Source of the DNA: Eledone cirrhosa
Lineage: Eukaryota
Length of the DNA stretch: 64,000 nucleotides
Direction: 5' to 3'
Assembly (NCBI GenBank): GCA_964016885.1
Contig: OZ024743.1
Span: 120,404,001 to 120,468,000 of the forward strand
Below the pieces are notes generated by a model. It saw only the letters and a list, made by a program, of their open reading frames with translations, was not told the DNA's origin and ran no database searches. The position numbers and the translations under genes were made by a program. Positions 38,691-54,210 of this stretch are shown here, piece by piece. Every line of letters starts with the position of its first letter. Positions within the stretch are counted from its first letter, which is position 1.

Positions 38691-41600
38691 TTGACCCCTG
38701 TGACATCTCTTGGTTATGATTTTATTTTAGTTGTTATTCCAGCGTATTTTTCTGAAACGTTAGCATCTTTTCGTAATGACAAACCAATTTATTCTACCAT
38801 TCAACTGTATATACTCGTTAATTGCTGAGGCAGACGATCTCTATCTTCCTCTAATTCTACTGTCTATGATAAATATGCCTTAAGAACCTAATTGCCTCTA
38901 CTTTGTGTAGCATTGATCTGCAATAATGTTCATTTACTTCAAAAGCTATTTAAATACATAATTTCAACAATTATAGAATTTATAACACCTTTCGATTTTA
39001 ACATGTATTGCAACATAGTGTTAAGTCATCCACAATAATCCCATGTCTATTTATTCTAGGTGATAACGATCTCGTAAATGCCTATAAAACGAAGTTTTGT
39101 TCAGCAATTAAATAGTGTTCTAATGAAGATGCTTATACGTGTGTTTATATTTGTCCTGTGTTATATTTATGAATTTGTGCATGTGTGTATATATGTATCG
39201 TTGTAAAACTATACATTTTATGGAGCAAACTAGTAATTGTCTAACAAATAATTCAGATAAATTAAACAACAGAATCCTATATTAGGTCTGCTCATTATCT
39301 TAAATAATCGTGTAGCTTTCGTAACCCTCAATTACGCTGTACAATAGGTCAAAATTGATATGTTAAAGACTGATGTACTAAAGGTAAAGATTTACTAAAC
39401 ACCATTCGATATAATTAAAACCGTTTTAACCGTACTACGAAAACAAAATTTACAAGCACAGCAAAAACTTATGAAAGACCATCTACGTGGTCACTACACC
39501 TGTAAAAAATTAACAATCAAACCGCCTTCTAATACCATCTTAATATCTTTAAAAAATTGAATGACACATTGATTAAATCTCGTCCTAGATTCACCACTGA
39601 TGAAAAAAGATGGGATGGTCACGACAGGAACTTTATAAATCTGATGCATCAAAACTAAACTCGGCTAAACAACAGCAAAAACAACAAAAACATCAACAAC
39701 GGCAGCCACAACAACAAAAACGTTAGAAATAAAACGATTTATCTATCTACGCCTACAAATATCTTAAAGAGTAGTCTGCACATACACGCAGAAGCCATGA
39801 TATCGGAACTTCATTGAAATGCAGTTTATACGTTGGCAAACATCTAATTCAAAATGTCATTAAAAATCCATTCAGATCGACAAACTTTCGCATCAGTGCA
39901 ATCATAAAAATTAGCTGCTACTGAAAATTGACTAAGGTTAAACTCACATATAAACCAGTCATGAAGGTTAGATCATCCACTAATCTATATTACTGGCGAA
40001 ATGGATCAGCTGGATTGACGGATTAAATGATGCATTGTTACAATTTTATCAAATCATGTATAACCTACAATGAGAAGCCGTCGATTTAACAAGCAACAAA
40101 GATTACATTCGTATGTATGTAAAGGCTAAAAGGATTTCCTATTATATGAAATGGTTTCATTTAAATGAATAATAAAACTTGTTAAATAACGCTATATTTG
40201 TGATCTGTCTTACAGTCATATACGCACAGGTTTGGTTTTCTTCTGCTTGAATTCATTATTGAAAGGAAGAAAAAGGAAAGGAAAAGGGAGAAGATTCAAA
40301 GCAGAATAAGTAGCACAAGAAGAATAATGAGAATAAGAAGATGCAGCGGGAGGGAGAGAAGAAGAAGAAGAAGAAGAAGAAGAAGAAGAAGAAGAAGAAG
40401 AAGAAGAAGAAGAAAGTGGAGGAAAAGGAGACACAACAAATATATTCAGGGTTCTCCAAGAAGCGATCAATGTTACAGTGTTGAAGATTTTGATGTCTGA
40501 GGTGCTTAGAATGGTGAATTTCTCCGGGACTCCTTTCTTACGATGTTAGTTAATATTCAGGTTCATAATTAAACCCAAAGCGGCACATTAACGAATAGAA
40601 TTTCGGAGAACCACCACAACTATAGTTTTAGCTTCGTAAAATATCTAATATCATTCCACCATTTATTGCATGAAATTACACATACTCCGAGGAGGACATG
40701 AAGAAAAAGAAGATACATGCGCAGCGTCTGTAATGACGTTTTCTTTTAAGGAGCGATTTTCGGTTCACCTTTCCCTCTGTTAATTTCTGATTGTTATAAA
40801 GTAACTTGTAGAGCATTTTGGCAAGTCTAATTCTTTTGTATATGCAACGGATGTCACTAAACTCTGTAAACAGCTGAATGTTATCAGAATATTTAACTTA
40901 TAATTATCTTGCTTTACATTGAAAAATCTACCGAACTTTCTTAACCCTTGCAACGATATTACCTCACTCTCATTTGTAGTTTACAATTATTAACTAGAAT
41001 AGATATAACAATGTCAATAGTTATTGACAGCTTTTATGTAAAGTAAAACCTAATCAATCGACTACTTTTCCTTTAGAAAAGAGAATTTTTACCTAAACGA
41101 AACCACTTCTCAATGTATTATCCCCCAAATATCGTAATATCCTGATATTTTAATATTTTCAATCCTTCTCTATACACCCAAGAACTTCTGTACAGAATAT
41201 TTTTGAATAGAATATTTTGTATGGCATTTTTTCTCTCTCTCTTTCCTCCTCCTCTTCAATCTCCCCCTCTCCCTTTCACATACACAACACACATGCAAAC
41301 AGACTCATACAATCGCACACACTGATAATACGCGCTCGCGCGCACACACACACACACACACACACATATTCACATATATTTGATTACATGTATCATTTAC
41401 GGCTTAAAATTCTTTCTATTCACAAACGGTGTTTAGATAGTTAAACCAATTAAAATGCAACTTTTTATCAGAGCGTAACAGCTGCAGCTTCTGCATATAT
41501 TGTCCATTTATTGTTTTCTATATATCTTCTTTTTATTTTAAGATATTTGTATGTAACGGACATGAAGTCATATTGTTGAGGCATATAACGACATTTCTTC

Positions 41601-41826
41601 CTATTGTAGATTATGAATTGCACAAGAACCCGAAAAAATCAACGTATTTTTTTTATTATGGTAGAATAATCATTATCTTTTTGTTTATGAGAAAAAAATA
41701 ATTTTTCACTTAGCTTAGATTTTGAAGGGTTGTATGTATGGCTAAATTTAGATGTATAAAGAGAGGACTAGAGGGAATGGAGAAGAATATATATATATAC
41801 GCACAGACATATATGTAAAATCTCTC

Positions 41827-41994
<168 letters not shown>

Positions 41995-42031
41995 TATATA
42001 GATTATACTTGTCTATACCATACTAATTCAA

Positions 42032-42086
42032 ACTGCCTGAAGAGGTCACAGCCAAAGATGGCTGTCACTGAAATATATATAGCAGT
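42032..42086 (+). ncRNA. Minimal hammerhead ribozyme motif
   Basis: ACUGC CUGAAGA g GUCACAGCC aaagau GGCUGUCAC u GAAA UAUAUA UA GCAGU, immediately followed by AATAAA. The ~140 bp unit lies between (AT)n tracts. Confidence 0.8.
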
Positions 42087-42184
42087 AATAAACGAAGCTA
42101 AATTTTAATCATTTGACTTTTATTTAACTTTATTTTATATATATATATATAAAATGGCGTGCTGCGTGGTTGCACATAGGTTAC

Positions 42185-43114
42185 ATATGAATAAAATTAG
42201 TCCTTCATCAGTGATCTTCCAACCTTTATTGGTATTTCTTCGCTTTAAAGATCATATACCTCTGGCTGGTGCGAGCAATAACTAAAGAAAGTTATTGGGA
42301 CACGTAAAATAGGGTGAAGTGAAGGAGACATGTAAACACACGGAGATGGTAATGCAACGGAAAGATAGGAAGAGGAGAAACAAGTCCGTGATATCTATGA
42401 ACTTAAGTTCGGTGAAATCATAGACGAGAGGTAAAGACCATCCGACCTGGGTGAGATGTGAGCGAGAAAAGGATTTCACACAGGTCAAACGGGAGGAAGT
42501 GAGAGAAGGAGAGAGGCAGAGAGGCAGAGAGCGAGCGAGTGAAAGTGTGAGGAAGAGGCCAGCCGAGAGAGAGCGACCGGTAGAGGGGGTAAAAAGAAGG
42601 TGAGAGACACAGAGAAAAGGGAAGCAGTAAGAAAGATACAGACAGGTCGCAGCGGAGGAAAAAATATAAATATATGAAACTGCTTTCCCTTTCTCTGTAT
42701 CTCTCACCTTCTTTTTACACCCTCTGCCGGTCGCTCTCTCTCGGCTGGCCTCTTCCTCACACTTTCACTCACTCACTCTCTGCTTCTCCCCCTCTCTCAC
42801 TTTCTCCCGTTTGACCTGTGTGAAATCCTTTTCTCGCTCACATCTCACCCAGGTCGGATGGTCTTTAACTCTCGTCTATGATTTCACCGAACTTAAGTTC
42901 ATAGATATCACGGACTTGTTTCTCCTCTTCCTCTCTTTCCGTTGCATTACCATCTATGTTCGTTTACATGTCTCGCTCGCTTCACCCTATTTTACGTGTC
43001 CCAATAACTTTCTTTAGTTATTGCTCGCACCAGCCAGAGGTATATGATCTTTAAAGCGAAGAAATACCAATGAAGGTTGGAAGATCACTGATGAAGGACT
43101 AATTTTATTCATAT
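42185..43114. repeat. Long inverted repeat, arms 42185-42628 and 42679-43114
   Basis: Reverse-complement arms with scattered substitutions and an indel. The right arm ends CTGATGAAGG...(AT)n. Confidence 0.92.
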
Positions 43115-44007
43115 ATATATATATATATATATATATACACTCGCAAACGCAACGCATATGTATGTATGATTGACTGTATGTATAATTGTATGTATATATG
43201 TATGTTTGTATGCATGTATGTATGAATGTATGTATGTATATATGTGTTTGTTTGTGTGTGTGTGCGTGTGTGTTTGTGCGCCTATATGTGTGTGTGTGTG
43301 TGAATGTATGTTGTTTAATATACTACAATATATTTGTGTGAAAAATGCATATGTGTTTCTATTACTATTACTGACTTCAAAAGATCGTAAACTTGTGTAG
43401 ACAAAGAACGTAAATAATGCTGGCGCTGATGCGACTTTTACAGAGACGCCATTGAAACAGACAATCTAAATATAAGTCTCTATAATCGAATAAATAACAA
43501 ATTACATACGTTTTACCTAAATAACTTAACAATAAAATGTTATTTTGTTTTTATGTTTTCTATCAGAAGTGAACTACGTAAACCTACTTAAGCTATACTT
43601 GCACATGTGGAGTTTTATCATATATTTTAATATTTACTCAGAAGTAGAACTCCAGCAATCGGGTAAATATTTCATTGCCAGTTATTTTACTATAGTGTTC
43701 TACATCTATTATCTTTGATGTTTTATAATTGAGATTATGTATAAATCTGTTGTTAAAGTTAATAAAAAAAAAAACAATACAAAACTAACCTGATAGAGAT
43801 TGATGGCGCATAAAATGTTAAAGGAAAAAAGATAATAAGGAAGTTAAATGAGAACTGACAATACATACATACGTACGTACGTACACGCATACACGTGAAT
43901 AAGTACATACATATGTACATACATATAAACACACACGTACACACACACGCATACACACACACACGCGCGCATACACACACACACACTCATATATATATAT
44001 ATATACA

Positions 44008-44099
<92 letters not shown>

Positions 44100-44154
44100 A
44101 TACTTACGAGTCTATGTGTGTGCGTTATGTTACAATACATCTGTGCTCAATTTT

Positions 44155-44662
44155 GATTGTTTTGCGAGGTTTTTGATATGAAATCGTGTGTCGAAACAAA
44201 TATTGTTATATTTGGGGAGGGTGATATTGTTGTAATAATATTACCAGAATTAATAACAGAACACACTCACTGTTTGGTTGGTATTCGCTTCTGTATCTTT
44301 TATATCAGTTAATTTATTCGGTCCTCAATGTTTACCAGTGACTGACCAACGTTCAAAAATAGAGATATAATATAGACACAAACACATATATATAGTCTAA
44401 CAAAGTTCTTTCTTTGCACATCTGCAACATCGTCAGTGGTGCTATTATGTATTGTTTGTCTACGCCATCTTTATTTAATCTGTTTATTTATTTATTTATT
44501 TATTTATTTTTTATCTTTGGTCAGTCAATGGTAAACATTGAGGACCGAATAAATTAACTGATATAAAAGATACAGAAGCGGCGAAAACCAACCAAACAGT
44601 GAGTGTGTTCTGTTATTAATTCTGGCAATATTATTACAACAATATGAGCCTCCCCAAGTATG

Positions 44663-44668
<6 letters not shown>
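44155..44668. mobile_element. PLE pLTR family A, divergent inverted pair with hammerhead 44401-44438 (minus)
   Basis: 44205-44350 is mirrored by 44515-44668. CUGACGA u GUUGCA gaug UGCAAA GAAA gaac UU ug. Confidence 0.75.
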
Positions 44669-44697
<29 letters not shown>

Positions 44698-44723
44698 AAA
44701 TTTCGCTCTACATGGCTGGATAC

Positions 44724-45106
<383 letters not shown>

Positions 45107-45119
45107 GTATATATTATAT

Positions 45120-45410
45120 GTCAGGTCACCAGTTGGTGCTACTGGTAACATGTATGCCAGTACAATCTGTCTCATGGTCGGGTCGTTGGCGACTAAACTG
45201 GCAACCCCACCAAGGTTTCTTGGTGAGGAGGGTGACTTTGGACTGCAGGACTAAAAACAAAACCTGTCAAAGGGCAAAGGAGCTATTAAGAGTCAATGGC
45301 CATCCAAAATCACCGGTAGAGATGACCCCTTAGCCTTTGTCAAGGCAGAATTCTAGGAAAAGGAAAACTCTGATATAACACCTGCAACTCTGGTGGTATC
45401 CAATAATGTT
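45120..45410 (+). mobile_element. Possible RTE LINE 5' UTR fragment
   Basis: ggcagaattctaggaaaaggaaaactctgatataacacc resembles RTE 5' UTR sequence, recalled from memory only. Confidence 0.35.
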
Positions 45411-45720
45411 GACTTGTTCTTCTTTTTGGTAAATATCATCTTGGTTAAGAGAGTGGGACTGGCTTTGTGCAGTGCCTTTGCTCACTATAAAAGCTTCACG
45501 GCACAGGCATTGCTTTATATCTGGAGATCTCTCTTACTTGTCGTTACATGGTACCATGGGCCCAGCCCTGTGTCAATAATTGTCACAAGTGTAGTGTTTG
45601 TACCAGAGTTTTCAAGTCGCTGGCTCGACTAAAATGTCACACTCGTTCAGTGCATCGGTAGCGGTTCTCCTACATGGATATAAAGTAGTGGCCGTACTCG
45701 AAAACGAGTTGGCAGCCACC

Positions 45721-45937
<217 letters not shown>

Positions 45938-46401
45938 TTTATAAATAATTTATGTTAGGCTGTTTACCCATGGGTATAACCAGTGGTTCAGCTTTGTAAA
46001 CGATGATGCATGAAATTAATTAAAGCACTCAACGTTATGCAAATCAGCCATCTCAGATGTGGTATCCAGTGGCTGGTGCAGGAATCGAGCAAAGTAATCA
46101 TTAAAACAACAACAGAAGGCCGGACAGGAAAATTTACTTTAGAATTTTAATTCTGCGAAAGCACTATACATATTTCACTGGCCTAGGTTTATCATTCAAT
46201 TATGATGCAAGACTAGGCTATTTCGTCAGGTGTTATCTGTAGAATTATGTAACAGAATTACGTTGAACCCAAACATAGAATTTCTTCAGGTTTTCTTTTG
46301 TTGTCGGCCAGCCTGACATGTGACTTACTCTCTCTCTCTTCCCCACTCTCACTATTTCTCTTTCTCTCTATCTGCATATGTGACTATCACTCTTTCTTTT
46401 T

Positions 46402-46484
<83 letters not shown>

Positions 46485-46574
46485 TATATATATTTATATA
46501 TATATAGTGAGAGCCAGACACAGAATAAGATATATACAGATAGAGATAAAATAGAAGTGAGAAAGAGAAAGAAG

Positions 46575-46650
<76 letters not shown>

Positions 46651-46812
46651 ATAAGAAACGATCGACTTTCGTCAAATCGGACGGAGGAAACATTGTTTCC
46701 ATCGGTCTTTCCAGTTGCTAATACTATCTATCGGTCGCAACTCCAGGTAGAAGTAGCAACGTGAAATAAAGTGTCTTGCTCAAGGACATAACGCAAGAAT
46801 CGAACTCACAAC

Positions 46813-46930
46813 CTGTCTAAACGTATGTTATTACTCTAAGGGCCTACCTTATTGAGTGCTTTGTTGCTCATTTCTAATTGTAGGTCGTTAGCTTGGCCAC
46901 AGCCAGAGCTTCGATTTTACTAAGCTTCCA

Positions 46931-46992
<62 letters not shown>

Positions 46993-47130
46993 TGGAAGCA
47001 ACAAAGCACTCAATAAGGTAGGCCCTTAGAGTAATAACATACGTTTAGACAGCTTGACAAATTGAAAATTGCGTCAGGCATACCTAGCCACACAATACCA
47101 AAAATAACGAAAAAACTAATCAGGTTAGAC
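46813..47130. mobile_element. Family B inverted pair centred on (AT)n
   Basis: 46813-46933 is mirrored by 46990-47051 (the right copy has an internal deletion). Homologous to 5640-5840. Confidence 0.8.
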
Positions 47131-47169
47131 AACTGATATATATATATATATATATATACGTATTATATA

Positions 47170-47373
47170 TAACAAAGAAAGTCTGGTAAGAAACCAGGTA
47201 GACCATAACGCACCAGAGTACTCGATACTTAGGGTAGTAGAGTGCGTAATAGGAAAGGAGTCAGGACCCCGGCGGCTGAGCTCCCGCCGTTTCGACAGCT
47301 AGGTCCAAACTGTTCGGATCTAGCTGTCGAAACGTCTGGAACTCAGCCGTCGGGGTCCTGACTCCTTTCCTAT
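47170..47373 (-). mobile_element. Family C repeat with fold-back
   Basis: ataggaaaggagtcaggacccc...tttcgacagctag is mirrored by ctagctgtcgaaa...ggggtcctgactcctttcctat. Confidence 0.7.
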
Positions 47374-47429
47374 ATATATATATATATACAGATTAGAGCA
47401 AACATCACGAGTGCTCTATCTCAAAATTA

Positions 47430-47465
47430 TTTCTGAAAAGCATTAGAAATGCGCAACCAGTAAAA
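47430..47465 (+). ncRNA. Decayed hammerhead motif (same architecture as 7953)
   Basis: UUU CUGAAAA GCAUU aga AAUGC GCAA CCAG UA AAA; two core positions are mutated. Confidence 0.45.
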
Positions 47466-47905
47466 GTTTAAAACTAAAACTGAATACTAACCAATACTTA
47501 TTCCTAATTTATACTTATTCCTAATGAAACTATTTTTCACTGGGAAAAATTTGTCAGCATTTTCTTTTCCTTTTACTAATATATCACAACTCGTGTGTTA
47601 CACCTCTATTTTTTAAATATATATATATATATATATATATGGGGATCGTGAAGAGATTTTTTACCAAGTAACTCGACCTCCGACATGCTTGCAATAGGAG
47701 ATTTCTTCAGTGCTATTAACAGAGGCGGGAAGGGAGTAGGACACTCGTAATTACAGATAAGCACCTCTCTGCCGTTTAAAGTTATAGAGAAGCAATCCCT
47801 TGATACTGAAGGTTGTTTTGATCCTTCGACATTTTGTACTGTTTTGTACTGTGGTTACCCCGTCCCCCGACATCACTCGGGAGCATGCATATTATTATAT
47901 ATAAT

Positions 47906-47977
<72 letters not shown>

Positions 47978-48819
47978 ACGAAATATTAGTATTGTTCTAA
48001 GCATACTTTTAGACATATATATAATATCTAGTTATATAGAAGTTCATATGAATTTTAAGGCGATCGATATATAGCCTCGATCTTAGCTAAAAAGTCTCGT
48101 ATAAAGAATTTAAGCATACAGCTCTTAACATACTTAAATACAAGTTCCTCCCATCTACACAATTTTAACCATATTCGATTATAAGTAGAGCTAACCTTAT
48201 AGCAAATTTCCGTTCAAATTTGTAAAGCAGTAGATCAAACTATATTCAAATTTAAGTTCAATTCAACTTAAATCAAATTTCAATTACACTTTGTAAATGA
48301 ATATATTTCATAGTCTACTTATGTAAAAGGCCCCTATTTCAGAAAGGTTACTTTTGTATATGAAGAAATTTGTTAATCAATACATAATAGATAATCGATA
48401 TTTTATTATTACTTCTCCATATAGCTAAGAAATGATTTACAGAAAACTTGGTATTAAACATTAATTATATCGGTTCATTCTATGTAGAATCAATGACGAG
48501 ACCTACCAGTAATATAAAATTCTATAGATAATGAATCGGTGAGGTTTGCTTCAGTATGAAACATTCTATAATAGCATGTATAAAATTTGGTTTGAATATT
48601 TAAACTTATTACGTCAAATCGAGAGAGTTTAAAACTAATGTTTATCCGAACTTGTTTACTTATATCTAAATTGGAAATTTAAGTGGAATCTTACACTTTT
48701 CTCTTTTTATGAAATATATATTTTATTTTATGTTTCCTTATATTTTCTTTATAAATTCTCTAATATATTATATAATTGCAAAGAACCTTACTATTACGGG
48801 GTATATTAGAAAATTGAGT

Positions 48820-49612
48820 TTTAATATTGTTATATTTGGAGAGAGTCATGTTGACCTAATATCGCCAAAAAATAGTAAAACACACTCGCTGTTTGGTTTG
48901 GTTTTCGCTTCAGTATATATTTATATTTTTATAAATAATTTAGCTGGCAATTAATGTTTATCATTGATTGACCAACAATAAAAAATATAAATATGAATAT
49001 TATTTAAGTTCTTTCGTCACACATTTCTGTGACATCTTTAGTGATTATTGGTGTGTTCTCTCCCGTTGTGTTTCTATAACACTGTTTTGGTTGTCTCTGT
49101 TGTGTGCGTGCATTCTGTTTGGAGTGTGTACGTGTGTTCGTGTCTTAATCTGCGTGTGTTTATGTGTTTATATTCTATCTTTGGTCACTGCTGTGTGTTT
49201 ATATGTGGATGTTGCTATTGCATCTGTGTATATTTATATTCTATCTTTGATCACTAGTGTGTGTTTGTGTTTGATTGTTGCTATTCCACTCATGTTATCT
49301 GTTCAGATAGGTTTTCTTAATTCTATTTCTGTAGCCTCCATAATTTGCTTAAGTGTCGAGTCATTCCTATGTTTAGATAATATTTTAACTTCTATTTTAG
49401 GAAAAAGATAGGGAAAGCCAACTCATGGTACGACAACCAAAGATACCAGAGTGTAATGTTCGTGGGTGCAAACCCTGGATGTGAACTAGGTAGTCGATTT
49501 AGGAAAGCCCTAAGAAAAACCTATTTTAATATTAAAGTGGCAGAAAAGCCAGGAACTAATATAAAATCGGTTTAAATCAGTAAAATTTGCCTCTTTAAGA
49601 AAACCAGTTCGT
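48820..49612 (-). mobile_element. 5'-truncated, 5'-inverted Penelope-like element: GIY-YIG C-terminus and family A pLTR with hammerhead (minus), plus inverted RT-EN linker (plus)
   Basis: Minus 49280-49400 reads KIEVKILSKHRNDSTLKQIMEATEIELRKP/LNR*HEWN. Hammerhead relic at 49005-49043 (CUAAAGA u GUCACA gaaaug UGUGAC GAAA gaac UU). Plus 49423-49612 reads WYDNQRYQSVMFVGANPGCELGSRFRKAL...[14 protein letters not shown]. Confidence 0.75.
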
Positions 49613-49614
49613 GA

Positions 49615-49726
<112 letters not shown>

Positions 49727-49814
49727 GCATACATATATATATATATACATATGCATACATACATATATATATATATATGCATACATACATATATATATAT
49801 ATTATATATATACA

Positions 49815-49868
<54 letters not shown>

Positions 49869-49897
49869 TACATATATATATATATATATATATGCAT

Positions 49898-49937
<40 letters not shown>

Positions 49938-49939
49938 GG

Positions 49940-50535
49940 ATTAACAAATAATAGTTAAATGCAGTCCACTTAGGTGAAGTCCAGTTATGGTATTCCAGGT
50001 AGTGGATGATATTAACGCTTGGCTTGGTTTGACTCAACAAGGCGTTTTCATAGTGATGCTGCAGGTATTGAGCTTTGACAGTGGTCCCACTCATGTATAC
50101 GGTTGAAGATGAAGAGAAAGACTGTAAAAACTAGCTTATCTTTATAATTTAAAATTGATACACACTACGATACTTTTTGCCTTATGACAGCTGGTTTTCA
50201 CGCCGTAACATTAGATACATTATATACCCCCCACCTAAGTAATGTCAGGGTCTCCTTAAATAGTTTATTGATAGCATTGTTGTAATAATTGTTGTTGTTT
50301 ATTGTTCTAATTGAATGCCATAACTACTCCATATTTTCTTTTATTTTCTTGCTTGTGTATTTTCTTCATTCTCGCATGCTCCGAAGATCTGACTGGTTAT
50401 AATTCTGTATTGGCGATCGAGTGACGCAAAATTAGGCGGATAGCGATCTCTAGACATACCAGTTCAGTGAAACAAATGTAAGCTATGTGATTAAAAACTT
50501 TTTTGTATAGCAAACCATGTAAACCTTCTTTCCTG
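49940..50535. mobile_element. PLE relic between (AT)n tracts
   Basis: Minus strand [14 protein letters not shown] (E..I...KP.LN-like); plus-strand hammerhead at 50378-50483. Confidence 0.5.
50378..50483 (+). ncRNA. Hammerhead motif, CCGAAGA variant with long stem II insert
   Basis: GCU CCGAAGA u CUGACUGGU...ACCAGUUCAG u GAAA CAAAUG UA AGC. Confidence 0.6.
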
Positions 50536-50579
<44 letters not shown>

Positions 50580-51804
50580 ACATATATATATATATATATA
50601 TATGCATACATACTTATATATATACAAATATATATATATATATACATACATATATATATATATGTATGTGTGTGTGTGTGTGAGTGTGTGTGTGCGTGGG
50701 CATGTGCGTGTGCGTGCGTGTGCGCGCGTGTGTGTGTTTATACATATCTGTATAAATGTATATAAAGTGACAAAACAGAAAAGCATTTCTTCTTCTTCTT
50801 CTTCTTCTTCTTCTTCTTCTTCTTCTTCTTCTTCTTCTTCTTCTTCTTCTTCTTCTTCTTCTTCTTCTTCTTCTTCTTCCTAAGAGGGTCATGAGGACAG
50901 AGTCCTCAGACACCTTATAAATTTGCATGCTGGTGTTGGCACTAATTAGAACAAGAATCTATTGAGAAGCAACCAAGTTCTGACACAGTGCAAATACACA
51001 CATATATCTCCCCCTTCTTTCACACTATCCCTTAATGTATACACCATTGACCACATTTCATAAACATTTACGAGCTACAAACCGTACTTAATTAAACAGC
51101 CCCTAATACGTATGCATTTTTTTTTTATTGATACACACTATCATCATATAATTACATTACACCCAATCATACTTATAAACATATAGTGTCCCATAATTAA
51201 CTCAACATCTAGATGACCTATTTTTAAATTATAATTTATAATTATATTGGCACCTAACACACATTTTTACATTGTACGAGCAAATACAATTTTAGTTTTC
51301 TAATAAAACAACCTTTTAGCACAGCTCTATCATTTCTCCTATAATATTCTCTTACACTGCTGCTGCCATAGAATTTACCTCTTCCCTTTTGAACTTTTGA
51401 ACAGTCAGTTAACAGAATCAGATATACACACACATATTTGCAGGATGTTTCCTTTGCCCAACCCCCCCCTCCCCAAATAAAAACAACTTTGTTCTGTGAA
51501 GAAACATAGCTGCTGCTATCTTCACTACTACCTCTCTATTAACAAAAACTCATTCTCCAGTAAAATTTTGAGCAAGAAAGATGATTTTAATGCACTTAAT
51601 GCATTTGATTTTAATTTTAAATCTTTAATTTTTAGTTTTTAACTCCTATTAATTCTTTTTATTTTTTATTTTAATAAGATGAATTAATAAGATGAATTTT
51701 AATAATACATCGAACCCGGTAATAATTTATATACTTTATATACATTATAACACTTTAAAAAAAAGAATTGTCCTTCTCATTTTTTCAATAATGTCATCTT
51801 TTCA

Positions 51805-51880
51805 ATAATTGTTTCTACTTTTGGCACAAGGCCAGCAATTATCACAGTGTATTACTGGTACTTTATTTTATCGACCCCGT
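51805..51880 (-). mobile_element. tRNA-SINE 3' fragment
   Basis: Tail and half of the core. Confidence 0.8.
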
Positions 51881-52046
51881 CAAAGAAAGAATAAAAAAAG
51901 AAAAACAGACCCTTAAATATATTTTCCGTGCTATTTCCAACTTCACGTTTTCTCTATATCCACTGTTTTGTATAGAACCTTACTTCCCTTTTCTAATATA
52001 TATATATATATATATAAGTATGTACACGTACATACATATATGTATA

Positions 52047-52702
52047 CAACGATGGTTGCTAGACACTACGGCTTAATACGGGATGTTTGTTTACAAACAC
52101 ACCGAGCATTATAATAAATGTTCGGTGAATCCATACGTACATATATATATATGTGTGCATGTATATATATATACATACTACTGTACGTCTGTATACATAT
52201 ATGTATGTACGTGTACATACTTATATTTAAGTAACAGCCGTACTTTCGTTTCATTTTTTCCGTTTATCGTTTTCGGTGCACCCGGCCGATTAACCCACTC
52301 GATATGCAAATTGGGCTCTCAGCCGTTAATATGCATAAGGTAAGTATATACGTTCAACAATCTGGCAGGTAGGTATACGTTGCTGACGATAGCTAATAAG
52401 CTTGAAACTAGTACAGCGTTCCTTTGTCAGTGTTGAACAAACGAGCAACGATGGTTGCTAGACACTACGGCTTAATACGGGATGTTTGTTTACAAACACA
52501 CCGAGCATTATAATAAATGTTCGGTGAATCCATACGTACATATATATATATATATATGTGTGCATGTATGTATATATATGTGTGCATGTATGTATACATA
52601 CTACTGTACGTCTGTATACATATATGTATGTACGTGTACATACTTATATTTAAGTAACAGCCGTACTAAGAGTGGGAAATGAAATTTCGTTTCATTTTTT
52701 CC

Positions 52703-52708
<6 letters not shown>
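52047..52708 (+). mobile_element. Partial tandem pLTR/retrozyme-like unit (400 bp period) with central hammerhead
   Basis: 52047-52243 recurs at 52447-52666, and 52244-52267 recurs at 52685-52708. Confidence 0.75.
52377..52419 (+). ncRNA. Minimal hammerhead ribozyme motif
   Basis: ACGUUG CUGACGA u AGCU aaua AGCU u GAAA CUAG UA CAGCGU. Confidence 0.8.
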
Positions 52709-53682
<974 letters not shown>

Positions 53683-53770
53683 GTGTAGGAGGTGAGTTTT
53701 ATTGTAGTACAATAAAGCAATGCAGATATCGGATAAGAAGCACTCTACAGTTTGTAGGACTGGAGTATAC

Positions 53771-54086
53771 ATAATATATAAGATCAAAAGATGGTTAAAA
53801 GAGTTCCATGTATTTTATTATGCGCATTTCAAAAACAAATATCATCATGCAATAACATTTGTGTTTTCATCAGGTAAAATAGGAAGACATGATATGAAGG
53901 TTAAAAAACACTTGTGAATAGTGCATATGTTGATTTAAAACTGCACTATTCACAAGTGTTTTTTAACCTTCATATCATGTCTTCCTATTTTATCTGATGA
54001 AAACACAAATGTTATTGCATGATGATATTTGTTTTTGAAATGCGCATAATAAAATACATGGAACTCTTTTAACCATCTTTTGATCT

Positions 54087-54096
<10 letters not shown>
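53771..54096. repeat. Fold-back, arms 53771-53925 and 53942-54096
   Basis: About 155-bp arms with one visible mismatch; ends in (AT)n. Confidence 0.95.
53986..54056 (+). ncRNA. Hammerhead ribozyme motif (mirror copy 53811-53881, minus)
   Basis: UAUUUUAU CUGAUGA aaacACAAAUGUUAU ugcaug AUGAUAUUUGUuuuu GAAA UGCGCA UA AUAAAAUA (8-bp stem I, palindromic UGCGCA). Confidence 0.85.
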
Positions 54097-54126
<30 letters not shown>

Positions 54127-54210
54127 AAAGTTATATTTAAATTGTTGGGTTACAACTAGTAAATATTTATAACTGATATAAAAGCACTCGACAAGTATTT
54201 GGAGTATATT

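Noticed and set aside
43088-43112. CUGAUGA at the end of the 42-43 kb inverted repeat
   Set aside because: No downstream GAAA before the (AT)n; at most a truncated half-core.
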